A stretch of 58,365 bases of DNA, the filler included, from Bipalium vagum (Eukaryota), in the NCBI GenBank assembly GCA_037834085.1. It is 3 parts of 3 records of this genome, joined end to end, with 100 filler letters (N's around TTAATTAATTAA, not from the genome) between each part and the next. Parts side by side here need not be neighbours in the genome. Positions count along the whole stretch, not along the records: positions 1 to 19,823 come from JBBMKC010266820.1; positions 19,924 to 39,134 come from JBBMKC010007512.1; 1 more part is not named here. The stretch is one strand, 5' to 3'. A program made the translations under genes and the position numbers. Below, one piece after another: positions 12,801 to 25,099 of this stretch (positions are counted from its first letter, which is position 1; each line of letters opens with the position of its first letter). The notes beneath the pieces are model-generated. The model did not search any database. It saw only the letters and a list, made by a program, of their open reading frames with translations, and was not told the DNA's origin.

Positions 12801-15800
12801 ATTTCAAAAAATTATAAACGGGAGAAATATTAATTAATTTCTCTTAATCCAATTCAAGATTTAAATTTAAAAAATATTTTACCTAATTACAACTTTTTCA
12901 ATTTAACTAAATAAAAAAACTTAAAAATCACTTTGTAAGAAATAATTTCACAGTTTATTTATAATTGAAATCGAATGTGATGTCAGGTGAATACAATGTG
13001 TGTCAAATAAATAAAAAAATATATATATACACCTAATATAAAACATTTATTTTAAAATATTTTTCAAAATAGTCTCCTACGACATCTACGCCTTGGAGCC
13101 ATCGCTTCTCACACGAAGAAAAACATTCCGTATTCACTTTTTGGAATGGTTAATAACTCTGACTTTGATTTTTCTATTTTGTCATTTATGGTATCAAATC
13201 TTCTTCCTTTAAGTACCATCTTTAACTTTGGGAAAAGGAAAAAAGTTGCACGGAGCCGTATCTGGAGAATAAGATGTAAGAATTTGAGTATTATTTTTTA
13301 ACAAGAATTTTAAAATTGAATGTGCACAATGAGGGCGAGCATTATCATGATGAAGGAACCAATCCCATCTTTCTCATTTTCTGCTCTTTTCTGACAAATA
13401 GCCTCTCTTAATCGGCGTAAAATTCTGAGATATATTTCTTGGTTTACTGTAGTACCTTCCAGTAGATATTCATAATAAACCAAACCATAATTATTAATAA
13501 AGATTACAAAGGAAAATCTTGTTCTTTGATTTTTACATCCTTGCTTTTTTGGTTTTTTCGTCATGCGACACTTTCCATTCGAGTGATTGGCTTTTTATTA
13601 CAGGATCATAGCCAAAGGATCCTGTCATCCTTTATAATTTTATCCATCTACGTCGGATTTAATTCTGTGTTGTTTAATTCGTTGCATCTTCTTTTGAGTC
13701 GAGCTAAGCTGCATATACACAAATTTGGCTGGTGTCTTGTATTAAAAATATACAGTATTACATGAAAATGCTTGAGATTATATAATAATTAATTATTGTC
13801 TTTTTAAATGAAAACAAAGAATTTAATGACTGCATGATATTTATTTTCTTTCCATATTAGAAAATTCAATAAGACTTTAAATTAAAGCTTCTTATAAACA
13901 GCAATTGAATCGAAAGGTTGAAATTATATTTTGGAATATTTTCCTATGTAGCATAAAAAATACAAGTTTAGAAATTTTGGTTCCGTTAACGTTTAACAGA
14001 TTTATATTGTTTTTAAAAATTGTTTTTTTAAATAAATTTTTATTAATAACAGTTTCAAATTGAACCATTACACATTTTTCATGATTATAAAATTAATATT
14101 TTATAAAAGAATTGTTTAAACTTACTTTGCAAAGATATGCTGCATACCATGAAAGTGATTGAGGTATGTATCTGATCCAATTGCGAAAGAAATCTGTGTC
14201 TGTTTTACTTTTGTTAACATGATAAATCAAAGGATCCAACAAATTAGACCTCAAGGACAAGCAGAAGCGTATTGAGCTGTAGATCATATTTGTAGCTCGA
14301 AAAAGTTGATTACTGGATTTGGTATTTAATTTAGAGTTCTACAAAAAAATTAGTCTAATGAAAACTTGTTTTAAATTCAAGAATAACATAAATCCTTGAA
14401 AAATTTTTAAATAATACAGTAGACTTAATTGTTAGCTTGGGAGAAAGTTTATGTGGTTTTATGTTACACCTATTTTAGAGTAGTTTCTTTTATTGTTTTA
14501 GTCTAATGTAAAGGAAAATTTTATGTTGACTACTTGAAAAAATTATCAATACATTTTATTATAGATGAAATTCCTCGTATTGCAATTTATTTTCAATAAA
14601 ATTCCTTGATGATTTGATAATTTATAAAGAAAAGTTCGACTTTGCTGCGCTAGAGAAGAGACTAAGAGACTTCTAAACGGTAATATTTTTGTTTTTCTAT
14701 TAATTTATGCGGTACCCATGAATCTAAGTTTTAACCTTACTTATTTCTTTTAAATACCTATAATCAACATGTAGTTCTTCTGAAAATTCACGCGTTGTTT
14801 TGCGCTGGTCAGTTTCGATTACAGTTTTCAGTTCCATACTTCTTATCTTGTATACTTTAATCTCCTCTGCGGAATTTGGAAACCAATGGTGGAGTATTAT
14901 TAAAACGGCACCAAAGCTTAAACTTTATATGGGGAAAATTAATGTTCTTTTTTATCTTTATTTATACTTTTAAAGAATTCATTTTGACTAGGGACAGAAA
15001 ATTACTGTTATAACTAATCAAAAATATATACAACAATGTATACAGTCTGATACATTAAATTGTCCACTACAAAAAATTCAACACTTTTTCAATTAAATAA
15101 ATTTATATATATATATATATCAGGTAGTTTATAGTTGTCAATTCTAATTTAAAGTTTTGTAATTCATTTTGTTACACCATGTAAGTGTTTTTTGCATTAT
15201 AATTCAGCTAGAATATTAGTTTTGTTTAATTTCATATATATACATCAAATTATACGTCGTTTCGATTTAACGCCTTTTGACAAAGGACAGATTTATCCAT
15301 TACGCAAACATGCGGAATGAACATATGAACAGATAGCCAGTACTCTTGATTTGACACTGTCTGTTGTTAGTACATATTTCAAGCGAAACATCAATAATGA
15401 TCTACCACATGAAGGAAACCGTATCAAATTAAAGACTGCGAAAAAAAACGGATAGGTTTTATAGGCATATTGCGAGATATGTCGAATAACATCCGTTCAA
15501 AGGAACTTTGCAAGTAGCATCAGACTTGTCTGCAATCCAAAAAGTATCATATGGCACGATCAATCAGCGCTTGAAGGATATCTGTTTTCTTTCTTTTTCT
15601 CCAGAACACAAACCATTCCTTTCAAACGCTTACAAAGCAGCGCATTTGTTATGGGCACAACAGCATCCCCAAATAAACTGGTCAGCAATCATCTTCAGTG
15701 ATGAATCAAAGTTCCAGATGAATAATAGACAACAGTTCGTATGCGTAAGAAAAGCACTAGATTGCTGGATCGGCTTGTTACCCATCTTCCAAACAGTTCA

Positions 15801-17448
15801 TGTCACTACAAGGTGTGGGGATCATTTTTCTAGAGATTGTTACAGCAATTTGGTTAGAATTCAACAGCGGCTTATTCTGAAGGATATGTTGAGCTATTAG
15901 AACAGAACCTTCCTTTCGTCGATCAAATGAACAACATAGAATTATACCAGCAAGACAATGCACCAATCCATACTGACAAATTTACAAGAGATTGGTTCGA
16001 TGATCATGACTTACCTCTTCTGCCATGGCCAACAATCAGTCCCGATGCTAACCCATCGAAAATGTGTTGGGGCGCATGAAACAAACCTTAATCATATCCT
16101 CATAAAGCCAACTACATCTGACGCTCTGTTCAGCAAGTGTCATGATTTGTGGACCACTATCATGGGAGAAGAGAATTACCGGTACAGCCATATAGATTCT
16201 ATGGAGCGAAGGCTTTCCGCAATAATCGATGCAGCTGTCGGATATACCAAATATTAACAATATATTGTTGTCTGTATATAAATATAATATAAATGTAATT
16301 TTTTTACTGGACAATTTAATGTATCAGATTGCATATATATCAATGTATCCTTATTTTCATTCCACGAGAATTTTAAATTCTTAAGTTAAATAATGTAAAT
16401 GTTATAAAATGTTAGTATAACTCAAACTCAAATATTTAAAATTTAAATAAAATCAATTACTTTAAAAAAATAATTTTAGTTTTTCTGCACAGTCAGATTT
16501 TTTGTGTTACAAATAAAATTATTGGTGTTAAACTTCGTGATTATGTATCCTTTTTAGACATAAAAACAATTTTTTCTAATTATCATATTATTTCAAAATT
16601 CCTGTGGGATAAATCTTATGAAACATTAAGAATCTAGGATTAAATATAATGAAGAAAAATCAATATTAAAATGAGATCAAGCGCCCTAAACAAATAAAAG
16701 GATAGTACAAAATTCAGACACTAAATTGATAGATTTAAAAATTTATTTAAAACAAATTAATTTGAGAAATAAGAGTAATTGCAACTTAGAGAATCTGAAA
16801 AAGAAATACACAATATGCAATTGTATAATTTATGGACTTTGAAGGCAATAAAACACCAATTGCTCAAAAAAATCTATAGGTTTTGTTACAAAACATAAAA
16901 GTAAAAAAAAGTAACAATATGCTACTTTGTGAATTTTACGTAAAAAAAATTATTCATCAATCCTGATTCTAAATTCATTTTATAAATTTACTTTGAAAAC
17001 CATAGTTGGATTATGCGTTAAGACTACAGGCTGGCGATCTCTCAAATATTTGTCAGTCCAAAGGATATTAACGTAATTTGTATCCTTATGTTCCTTCTGG
17101 AAATTTAACAAATTATTCTGAAATTTTGGCCCCTCATTTGACAAAAATGATTCAACGTGGTTTGTTGTTTCAGCCATTGCAACTGAATCTAATAAACAAG
17201 ACTACAAAAAAATATTTTTTCACTCATTGTTTAAGATGACAAATTGATTTTACTTGTGATGCTTTGTATCTGCCTAGGGTTTCTTCCAATTTCGGAATCG
17301 GTAAATTTGGTAGACTTCGTTGAAAGTGATTCGTTGGGATCACTGATCTTTGTAATAAGTCAGCTTCGTTAATGTTAAATGTTTTGGTGCCATAAAACGA
17401 AACAGAATTCCTTTTTAATTTTAATTTTTGTGCAAATATTTTTTTCAT
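673..17448 (-). CDS. CPT2: Carnitine O-palmitoyltransferase 2, complete 10-exon gene (660 aa)
   Basis: Exons 17254-17448, 16992-17201, 14126-14338, 11731-11886, 9463-9702, 7167-7369, 6520-6727, 6238-6466, 850-1046 and 673-804 have GT-AG boundaries with matching phases and total 1983 nt. Motifs [40 protein letters not shown], catalytic [28 protein letters not shown] and STS are collinear with vertebrate CPT2. Confidence 0.96.
850..1046 (-). CDS. CPT2: CPT2 exon 9
   Basis: GWDRHMMGL...IISTSTV...GYGIGY; followed by a 45-bp intron. Confidence 0.9.
2110..2750 (-). mobile_element. Degenerate mariner remnant
   Basis: The minus strand gives a C-terminal [10 protein letters not shown] motif; heavily disrupted; limits approximate. 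Confidence 0.55.
3300..4284 (+). mobile_element. DD39D ('plant mariner'-type) Tc1/mariner remnant
   Basis: YVDID*KWF (cf. VHIDEKWF), [14 protein letters not shown]...[15 protein letters not shown] and [16 protein letters not shown]. The second-to-third catalytic spacing is 119 nt (120 expected for D39D). Possible right end ...ATGGAACGACGTGG-TA at 4284. Confidence 0.7.
4437..5716 (-). mobile_element. Full-length mariner (DD34D) element with frameshifted transposase
   Basis: TA-flanked TIRs CGAGGGTGGTTCAATAAGTCC / GGACTTATTGAACCGCCCTCT; 1280 bp. ORFs 4926-5429 and 4540-5022 carry [24 protein letters not shown] and [16 protein letters not shown]. Confidence 0.95.
6238..6466 (-). CDS. CPT2: CPT2 exon 8
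   Basis: MAYYKL...[18 protein letters not shown]; phase-1 donor. Confidence 0.9.
6520..6727 (-). CDS. CPT2: CPT2 exon 7
   Basis: VNKLTFNL...[11 protein letters not shown]; followed by a 53-bp intron. Confidence 0.9.
7167..7369 (-). CDS. CPT2: CPT2 exon 6 (catalytic His)
   Basis: [18 protein letters not shown]...[12 protein letters not shown]; absent from the ORF track, translated by hand. Confidence 0.92.
7934..8569 (+). mobile_element. Internally deleted IS630/Tc1-like element
   Basis: TA-flanked ~40-bp TIRs (CAAGTTTATGCAGAAGTATATAGAAAAATA / TATTTTTCTATATATTTCTGCATAACCATG). ORF 8206-8538 has [10 protein letters not shown] and FQPLYSPQL. Confidence 0.85.
9463..9702 (-). CDS. CPT2: CPT2 exon 5
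   Basis: [16 protein letters not shown]...[19 protein letters not shown]; GT-AG, phase 0. Confidence 0.9.
10250..10480 (+). mobile_element. Possible non-LTR retrotransposon APE endonuclease remnant
   Basis: [13 protein letters not shown] resembles the GDFNA motif; very short and degraded. Confidence 0.4.
11731..11886 (-). CDS. CPT2: CPT2 exon 4
   Basis: [25 protein letters not shown]; GT-AG, phase 0. Confidence 0.9.
12994..13760 (-). mobile_element. Degenerate mariner remnant
   Basis: [47 protein letters not shown], and C-terminal VGDYFE. Confidence 0.75.
14126..14338 (-). CDS. CPT2: CPT2 exon 3
   Basis: [16 protein letters not shown]...[12 protein letters not shown]; GT-AG, phase 0. Confidence 0.9.
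14431..14960 (-). mobile_element. Degenerate mariner remnant
   Basis: N-terminal [23 protein letters not shown] motif; TIR-like TTAGCTTGGGAGAAAGTT near 14432. Confidence 0.55.
15043..16331 (+). mobile_element. Full-length Tc1-like (DD34E) element with disrupted transposase
   Basis: TIRs CAGTCTGATACATTAAATTGTCCA / TGGACAATTTAATGTATCAGATTG; left TA intact. Motifs [29 protein letters not shown] and C-terminal [12 protein letters not shown]. Confidence 0.92.
16992..17201 (-). CDS. CPT2: CPT2 exon 2
   Basis: tgtag|TCT acceptor; SCLLD...[18 protein letters not shown]; donor AAA|GTAAAT. Confidence 0.9.
17254..17448 (-). CDS. CPT2: CPT2 exon 1 (basic N-terminal targeting peptide plus [14 protein letters not shown])
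   Basis: ATG at 17448; donor CAA|GTAAAA; followed by a 52-bp intron. Confidence 0.9.
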
Positions 17449-17639
17449 TCTTATTTTCCTTTAATTTTTTCAAATATTTTTTAAAACACTCAAAAAGTAT
17501 TATTTGACCTAGAAAATTAAACAATTTAAAAATATTATAATAAAATATTTCTATTCAATTTTTAATTAAGAATAATATTAGTGTCAAAGTTAAAAATTTT
17601 AATTTAATAATAATCTAATAGAGTAGCTTATTAATATTG

Positions 17640-18075
17640 AATTAAGTTATAAAATTAAAAATTATCTTTAATTTCTAAACTTTAAAATCTTTGGATTGAT
17701 AGAGAAACTGAAATTTATAATAAAACATTTGAGGATTTTTATGATGATAATGAAATAGAAATTTATTCAAATGATAATGAATAAGAAGGTTTAATAAAAC
17801 TTTGAAGAATATTATGTTTCAAAACTTTAAGGAACAAAGATTGAAAATGGTTGCATTTTTTACCCAAATTAATTATATTTTTTATAATAATTAAATTCAT
17901 AGATCAATTGATATCTCCTAATAAAGATCGTCAAAATTGGTTATTATTTTCAAAGTTAATAAGTATTTTGGCTTACTTCCAAAACTCAGATGTTATTTTT
18001 TTCGAAGAAAATAGTCTACAAAATACGAAATATAAAATAAATTTGCTTATAATTTTTGAAAATAAGATGAGCTAA
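17640..18075 (+). mobile_element. Polinton/Maverick-type integrase remnant
   Basis: LWIDRETEIYNKTFEDFYDDNEIEIYS...FLPKL...IHRSI. Paralogous at DNA level to 56960-57290. Confidence 0.75.
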
Positions 18076-18699
18076 ATTAATTTAAAATGAAAATTATTTT
18101 TTAATATATATTATTTCAGCTATTGTTTGGATAATTTTGTTTATTTCCTTTAAAATAAGGTATTAATTATTTTTAATTATCATTTTATTAAATATCTATT
18201 TTTATTTTAGAACATGCAAATTTAAAAATTGAATTCCAGAAAATAATGAATTATACAAAGGCATAAAGTGGTAATGATAGAAATTTAGAGAACGTATATT
18301 TATATTTTGAAAATATTTTAATCACAGAAGATTTGGAAATGTCATCACCAAATAATACAATTTTCGATGAAGAATAATTATTGGATATTCCAGTAGTTGT
18401 GAAGTATTATTTTAAATTCAATTTTTATGGAAATCACACGAGAAGAAAAGAATGAAGAAAAAGAAACATTAAAAATTATTTTAAATTTGAAGATCATAAA
18501 TGCATTGAAAATCTGTGAAATTTTGAAAAATACCTATGCATAATCAAGAAATATGACGTGCAAAGTAAAATGGAGTATAAAATTGTTAAAATATATCATG
18601 ATAATTTGTTTAGTGGCGCTAAAATTGATTTGCAATATTTATTAATACAACATTAAATAATTATTTTTTAATTTAGAAATGGAAGAGATAACTTTTGAA

Positions 18700-19404
18700 T
18701 TAACACAAGAAATGAATAGGTATGCAGTTATTGTTACATTAGCCGCCGGACACAGAAATTAGAAATTAATAGAAATTTCTTAATGTGGCCAGATCGTTTG
18801 TCCCTAATGTTATGCACACAAAGTTTTCATCATCTTTAGTAGTATTGGGGTGTGTTGTGAGAAACGAAGGTCATGTTAAGCCTCCGTATTTCTTTCCAAA
18901 GGGACTTAGAATTAATGCATCTCTTTATATCGAGTGTCTGAATACATATGTGAAGGCCTGGATTGATTGTGTTCCAACAAGACTCAGCTCCCTGCCATAC
19001 AGCATTAAAAACATCAAAAATCCCTACCGCTAAATTTTAACGACCATGTCACTCCAAACTTATGGTCACCTAACTCACCTGATTTAAATCCTTTGGACTA
19101 TTTCGTATGCTGCGTCGTAGAGAAGAAGACTAACAAACACCCTCATACTACCAAAGATTCATTACGGTCTTCTATAAGTTCTATGATAAATATGAACAAA
19201 AACCATTTGATAGTGGCTTGTAAGCTTTTCAGAAGCCGCCTTGAAGCTGTATTTGATACTGAAGGCAATGTTATTGAATAAATCAAACTTGTCTACTTAA
19301 AACAAATAAAGTTTCTAATATTGCTTAAAAATAGACATTCTTTTCATTAAAAATATTACTTACCTTTGATATCAATTGTTGTCCTCAAATAGCTGACGCA
19401 TATG
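18700..19404 (+). mobile_element. DD37D (maT-type) Tc1/mariner remnant
   Basis: TKFSSSLVVLG..NEGHVKPPYFF, FQQDSAPCHT and WSPNSPDLNPLDYFV. D-D spacing is 115 nt (114 expected for D37D). Confidence 0.8.
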
Positions 19405-19751
19405 TATTTGTATATGTGATTCAAGGTAATGCGTCAGAAAAAATAAATAGTTTCCCTAAAGAAATTACATAGCATATTTGAAACTGAATGGTATTCTTTA
19501 CTCAAGAAATTATGTGAATTTTCACATTCAATTTTTAAAATTCATTGAGAACAATACAGAAATTTTTCAATATGGTCTATTAATAAGTTATCAAAAAAAC
19601 ATTTTGGTTATTCAAATCCTTTGTATTGTTAGGTTAGCTAAGGACATATCCCTGTTAAACTTTGTAAAAATTATATGTTAAAGAACGGAAAGGGTATAGA
19701 ATATTTATAATTATTATAAAATAATGATTAAGAAAGCAAAAGAGTAAGAAG

Positions 19752-19752
<1 letters not shown>

Positions 19753-19823
<71 letters not shown>
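19753..19823. repeat. (AAT)n microsatellite running into a gap
   Basis: Perfect trinucleotide run. Confidence 0.95.
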
Positions 19824-19923
19824 NNNNNNNNNNNNNNNNNNNNNNNNNNNNNNNNNNNNNNNNNNNNTTAATTAATTAANNNNNNNNNNNNNNNNNNNNN
19901 NNNNNNNNNNNNNNNNNNNNNNN
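19824..19923. other. Artificial assembly linker N44-TTAATTAATTAA-N44
   Basis: Exactly 100 bp with a 12-mer giving stops in all six frames; identical to the linker at 39135. Confidence 0.95.
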
Positions 19924-21112
19924 TATTATTTTGTTATTATTATTTTTTTTATATTTATTAAAAATCTTTTAGTTTATTTTAAAATATTAAAATTTAATTT
20001 ATTAATTTAATTTAATTTTTTTTTAATTTCCTTAGCTTAATATTGTATAATATATTATTATATTTTAAAATTAATTAGATAAATAAAACTTTTAATATTA
20101 GAAAAATAAAATGATAAATAAAAAAATAATATAAATAATATAATATTTATTTTGTTAGTAATATTAATATAATATTTAATTGATTTTAATTTTAATTTTA
20201 TAATTTTCTATTTTCATTAATTTAATTAATTTTAATACATCAAAAAATAATTTAATAATTTAATATTATATATTTTAGAATTATAATGATTTATTTTTAT
20301 TTTATCATATTTTAAAAGTTAAGCCACAAATAGAAATAATATTATATAAATAATATAAAATATGTCTCTTTCTCATTGCGAAATATTGCATATTTTTCAA
20401 TTAACGTATTTGCTTTTAATCGGCTTAGCACTGATAACACTTTCCAGTCCTCTCTGGACCCTACCCCTTGGGGTTGGGGCTGTAAGATCAAGACTGTCTC
20501 TAATCTCCTTTTGATCAAAGGGAAATTCCGTGTCACAGACTTCATCCCCAAATATGTTTCATAATGAAAATTTATAATGCAAAATAATAAATCGGAAAAA
20601 GTAATATTTCTGGACTTTTTCTTTCCAAAAAGTCTTACGAGTGAGAGGAAATCCAGCGAAAGGTGGACACGTTCGAAAGAAGATTTTTTTTACAATTTAA
20701 TTAACCTTCGAAAGCATTGGTCTCAGTGGATGATGAAGGGTAAAAATAATGTGACAGATGTCAGGTCTGGTAACCGAATACAAATTGTTGGTCTTTGCCA
20801 AGTGTTGGATATTTTCATATTATTTTTGCTTTTTACCGTTTCCTTGGTGAAAGACACTCCTTGGTTACGTCCTCCGAACCCATTAGGTGTGCTTTGTTAA
20901 CATCCGCCAGCTTATGATCCATAAATACCAGATTTTCAATAACTTGTTAAATATATCATCAAAAATCCGAAATATTCAAACAATTTGGTCAGATCATGGG
21001 AATCATAAATAAATAATTATAGAATTAATAATAAATAATAATAATAATAATAAATAATAATAATAATAAATAATAAAAAATAAATAAAATTAATACTTTA
21101 CAATTATATATA

Positions 21113-22027
21113 CATGGTGTGACAACAAAGGCCCAGGACTTTCGGTTCACAAAATCAAAGGTACATAAATCAACAATGAATCATATTTCATTACTGAAAG
21201 TAGTCACCATTGACATCAATACACGAAGTACATCTTTTATACAAAACTTTTATAAATTCCTCTTTTGGAAAACCCTTTAGTTCACTTGTAACATTCGTGT
21301 GAATATCATTTCCGTTTTGGGAATTACATGAAATTTGGAGCTAAGTCCGGTGAATATTGTAGATGATTGATCGCCATAACTTCCTTTTCATCCAGAAAAC
21401 TCTACGATTTTGAGTTATGAGAAGGTGCACTTTCCATTCCCTTTAGTACTGTAATGAGGTCTCATTCTGGGAGTTCTTTTCAAAAGCCGAGGCATCATTT
21501 CTTTGTATTAAACAACATTGACTATTTTATCAGAAGTTTGAAATCTTGTGAATATCTTTTTCTTACCTAAATCCTTAATCAACATTTTCCGAATCGATTC
21601 TTTATTGATTTAAGCTCATCTTCAAGAATTCTTAATGTAATACGTCTATCGTTTTCAACAATTTCCTTATTTTTGTCAATTTATCCTCATTTCTGGAGGT
21701 AGATGGACGACCACTAAGGTCATTATCGAAAGGATCGTCATAGCCTTCACAAAATCGAAAAAAACATTCAGACACCATAGATTTTGAAATTGTATTGTTT
21801 CCATACACGATTATCAACATTTCGTATGAGTTTTGTCCAACTTAGCAAAATTTTATATTCACTCTGTTCCATTCTGAAATTGTGATCTTATTTAAAATGT
21901 TAGCAAAATCATTAATCAAATTACTTTACATAAACAAGTTGATAGTTGAAATAAAATATCCACAGGTTTCAATGTGTTTCATTTTACAACTGTATAATTT
22001 GTGTTATAATAGTCCTGGAACTTTTAT
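21113..22027 (-). mobile_element. Degenerate mariner remnant
   Basis: VYGNNTISKSMVSECFFRF...SGRPSTSRNE; C-terminal DVNGDYF; partial TIR match around CCAGGACT. Confidence 0.75.
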
Positions 22028-22510
22028 ATATTATCAAATTCTGATTGGTTAAAATTATTATTTTTGTTTTTTTAGAATATTTTTTTCAATTAATCAGAGA
22101 ATCCATTGATGTTAACTGTCTCCTATTTAAATATTAATCCCTCACAGTTGTTCTTTCATTAATAATGACACACGTCTTTTATTCATCGTTATAACGTTCC
22201 TATTTATATAATAAGTCGGAATTGATGTTTGTTATTGCCCATTTCATAATGACGCTAAATCAATTTTATCGACTCAAATAAATTGATGTATTTAAACAAA
22301 GTTACCTTTACTTTTTATAATTAAAGTATTAAATGTGTTTTAGATTTATTACTTTATAAAATAAATAAAATTTTACTAAAAGAGTGCGTTGCCAGAAACC
22401 GAGTGAGCTATGGGGACAATCCAATATTAACGAAATATTTTCTGTCACAGAAGAATAAATATAATTTTTAATATTTGTAATTATGAAATTAATTCATAAA
22501 ATCTCTTCAG

Positions 22511-23150
22511 GTAAGCCTATCCAGTGCTGGGTTCCCCAAGAATTTACTCGATCATGGGAAGAGTATGCTGAAAACTTTTGCTGGGTTTCCAACACATACT
22601 TCTTGCTACAAAATGAACAAATCCCCACCGAGGACATAGACAGATTCAAAAAGAGATATATTTGCTATTATCAGTGGGTGGCCATTGTCTTGGCTGGCCA
22701 AGCGTTGCTGTCTTGGGTACCCAATGTATGTTGGAGAGTTTGTTCACATCGTTTACCGCTGTTACTGAAATCGGCAAAGGAAGCTGCAATACCGGATCGT
22801 GAACTTCGTCTGAAAGCCGTAGCGTGTCTGGTGGCGACGTTAGATGAACAATATGAAGCGTATAGCCGTTTTATCAGAAAAGGCAGTTTTCTCCGCCGTT
22901 GTACTTGTGGTATTGCACCGAATCTGAGGCTCACCGTACTTTTTGTTGGAGTTCGTTGCTTGTTCCTTGCCAACTCAGTCGGCCAAATCTACCTCATGAA
23001 ACGTTTCGTTGGGGCAAACAGTACCCTGTTTGGTTTGGACTTAATATCAGATTTGTTATCAGAAAAAGAATGGCAAATAACGGGACATTTTCCACGTGTT
23101 ACCTATTGTACAGTTAAAGTTCGGAAAATGGGCCAAACTCAACCCGCAAG
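22511..23150 (+). CDS. Innexin (gap-junction protein), internal exon of 640 nt
   Basis: ttcag|GT acceptor and AG|gtaagc donor. Motifs KPIQCWVPQEFTRSWEEYAENFCWVSNTYF, YYQWV and W..TGHFPRVTYC. The N- and C-terminal exons were not found in the window. Confidence 0.95.
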
Positions 23151-23927
23151 GTAAGCTGTTTATCATTAGTATTACGAGCCCCGAGACCTTTATTTAAAGA
23201 ATGCCTCTGTACCCCAATGGAGAACGTTCGAAAGAGCCATTGTCACCCGTCTTTCCTTAAGCTTTTCTTTTTGTTAACAGAACAAATCTGTCGTCACAAG
23301 ACAGAAAAGAGTCTCCTTCGTCGCGGAGAGGAGTCTCGGTCTCACTCTGAAACGGCATTGAAAGGCGTTCTTCGTCCTCTCCTGCGACGGGGATCGGGGA
23401 AAATAAATTTCAGTGGGCAAAATTCAATTATGTCTCAAGTAAAGAACCGATGCAATGTATCTGATATAATTCAATTTATGAGTGAATGGGAAAGGGAAAA
23501 TAGCAAAAAATAAATAAATAAACAAATCCAACTATTTCCGATGATAAATGGCCGTTTTTATGTTTTGTGTTTATAATTTATATCTTTTGACAAAGCCGGC
23601 CTCGTGGTCGCGCCAGGCGCTGCGAGCCGGGCGAAATTAATGAACAGAAAAATGGAATTATATGAAGCGATTGTCAAATCTTGTAGGGGTAGGTGGACGC
23701 AAAATCGGCCCGGACATTCCCATAGTATTTCTCAAAAATCCCGCTCCTTACAAATTGTTTTAAACGATCGCCTTCAACAATTATTTGTGACAAAATTCGA
23801 TTTAGATCTTCATATTATCAAAATTTTATTAATCTGTACGGGATAATAATGGTAATTATCGTAATAATTATATTAATAATGATAATAATGATCATATTTA
23901 AATAAAAAAATAATAAAATAGATTAAT

Positions 23928-24252
23928 NNNNNNNNNNNNNNNNNNNNNNNNNNNNNNNNNNNNNNNNNNNNNNNNNNNNNNNNNNNNNNNNNNNNNNNNN
24001 NNNNNNNNNNNNNNNNNNNNNNNNNNNNNNNNNNNNNNNNNNNNNNNNNNNNNNNNNNNNNNGAAAAAAGTAAAATTGATAATATTAATAAAATAAATNN
24101 NNNNNNNNNNNNNNNNNNNNNNNNNNNNNNNNNNNNNNNNNNNNNNNNNNNNNNNNNNNNNNNNNNNNNNNNNNNNNNNNNNNNNNNNNNNNNNNNNNNN
24201 NNNNNNNNNNNNNNNNNNNNNNNNNNNNNNNNNNNNNNNNNNNNNNNNNNNN
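23928..24252. other. Two sequence gaps (N runs) around a 36-bp island
   Basis: Ns at 23928-24062 and 24099-24252. Confidence 0.95.
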
Positions 24253-24789
24253 AAAGTTTAATAACTAATATTAATAATAAAAATATAAAATTAAATTTAA
24301 AAACTATATATTAAAATTAAATAAAATAAAAATACTGAAATAACAGTGGTATTTAAATAAAATAATAATGATGACAATAATCATAATAATAAATAAATAA
24401 AAAATAATAAAAATAAATTAAAAATTAATATTAATATTTAAGAAAAATATTTTTTTATTTTATTTATTATTAATTTCAATTTCTTATTCATAATAAAAAT
24501 GTTTTATTTGCTTAGAAATTTTTTTGGATAATAAAAATATAAAAAATTATATTATATCTTTCTAATACTCACATTCCAAATGAATTAATCCCTGTCCTAA
24601 TTAGACCGCTTTTCCTCATAATTGTAATGTAAGTAAATATGTAACGGAAAGTACATTCGAAGTAACTGCCAAATTTATAACAAATGACATAAATTGATTT
24701 ACTATTTGTTTAATTAAGGGTATGTGTAAGCTTCCATCGTTTTAAGACAGAGAATTTTTATTAATATATAATCAATAACGTGATACATT

Positions 24790-25030
24790 TGATCAAAATA
24801 TTTGTTGTCATTATTAACTGCTCTTTCCAATCGTTCAGGCAAAAGACTTTGGACTTGGATTGAATAAAATTGTCAATGGATGTCTGCACCTCTTCAACAT
24901 TGCTAAAGTGTATATCAGAATGGCTGTGTTGAATGGAGTGGAATAGTTAAATGTTGTTTAGGACAATAACCGGGAAATTTGCTGGATGTGGTAGAATTTC
25001 CCATTTTAAGTCGATTTAAGTCCAGTAACC
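24790..25030 (-). mobile_element. Mariner 3' remnant
   Basis: KWEILPHP and LPERLERAVNNDNKYFD motifs. Confidence 0.6.
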
Positions 25031-25099
25031 ATAGTATTGTATTTTAAATATAGTAAAAATAAATAAATAAATTACTACCAAAAATACTACGAATAAATC

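Noticed and set aside
19868-19879. TTAATTAATTAA palindrome as a biological motif
   Set aside because: It sits exactly in the middle of N44 blocks twice, so it is an assembly linker.
22671-23117. ORFs overlapping the innexin exon (22671-22973 minus, 22899-23117 plus)
   Set aside because: Shadow ORFs of a GC-richer real exon with no motifs.
23217-23846. ORFs 23217-23513 and 23604-23846 as further innexin exons
   Set aside because: No innexin C-terminal motifs (CxLxxN, EKIY/F, W-rich TM4); better explained as structured intron.
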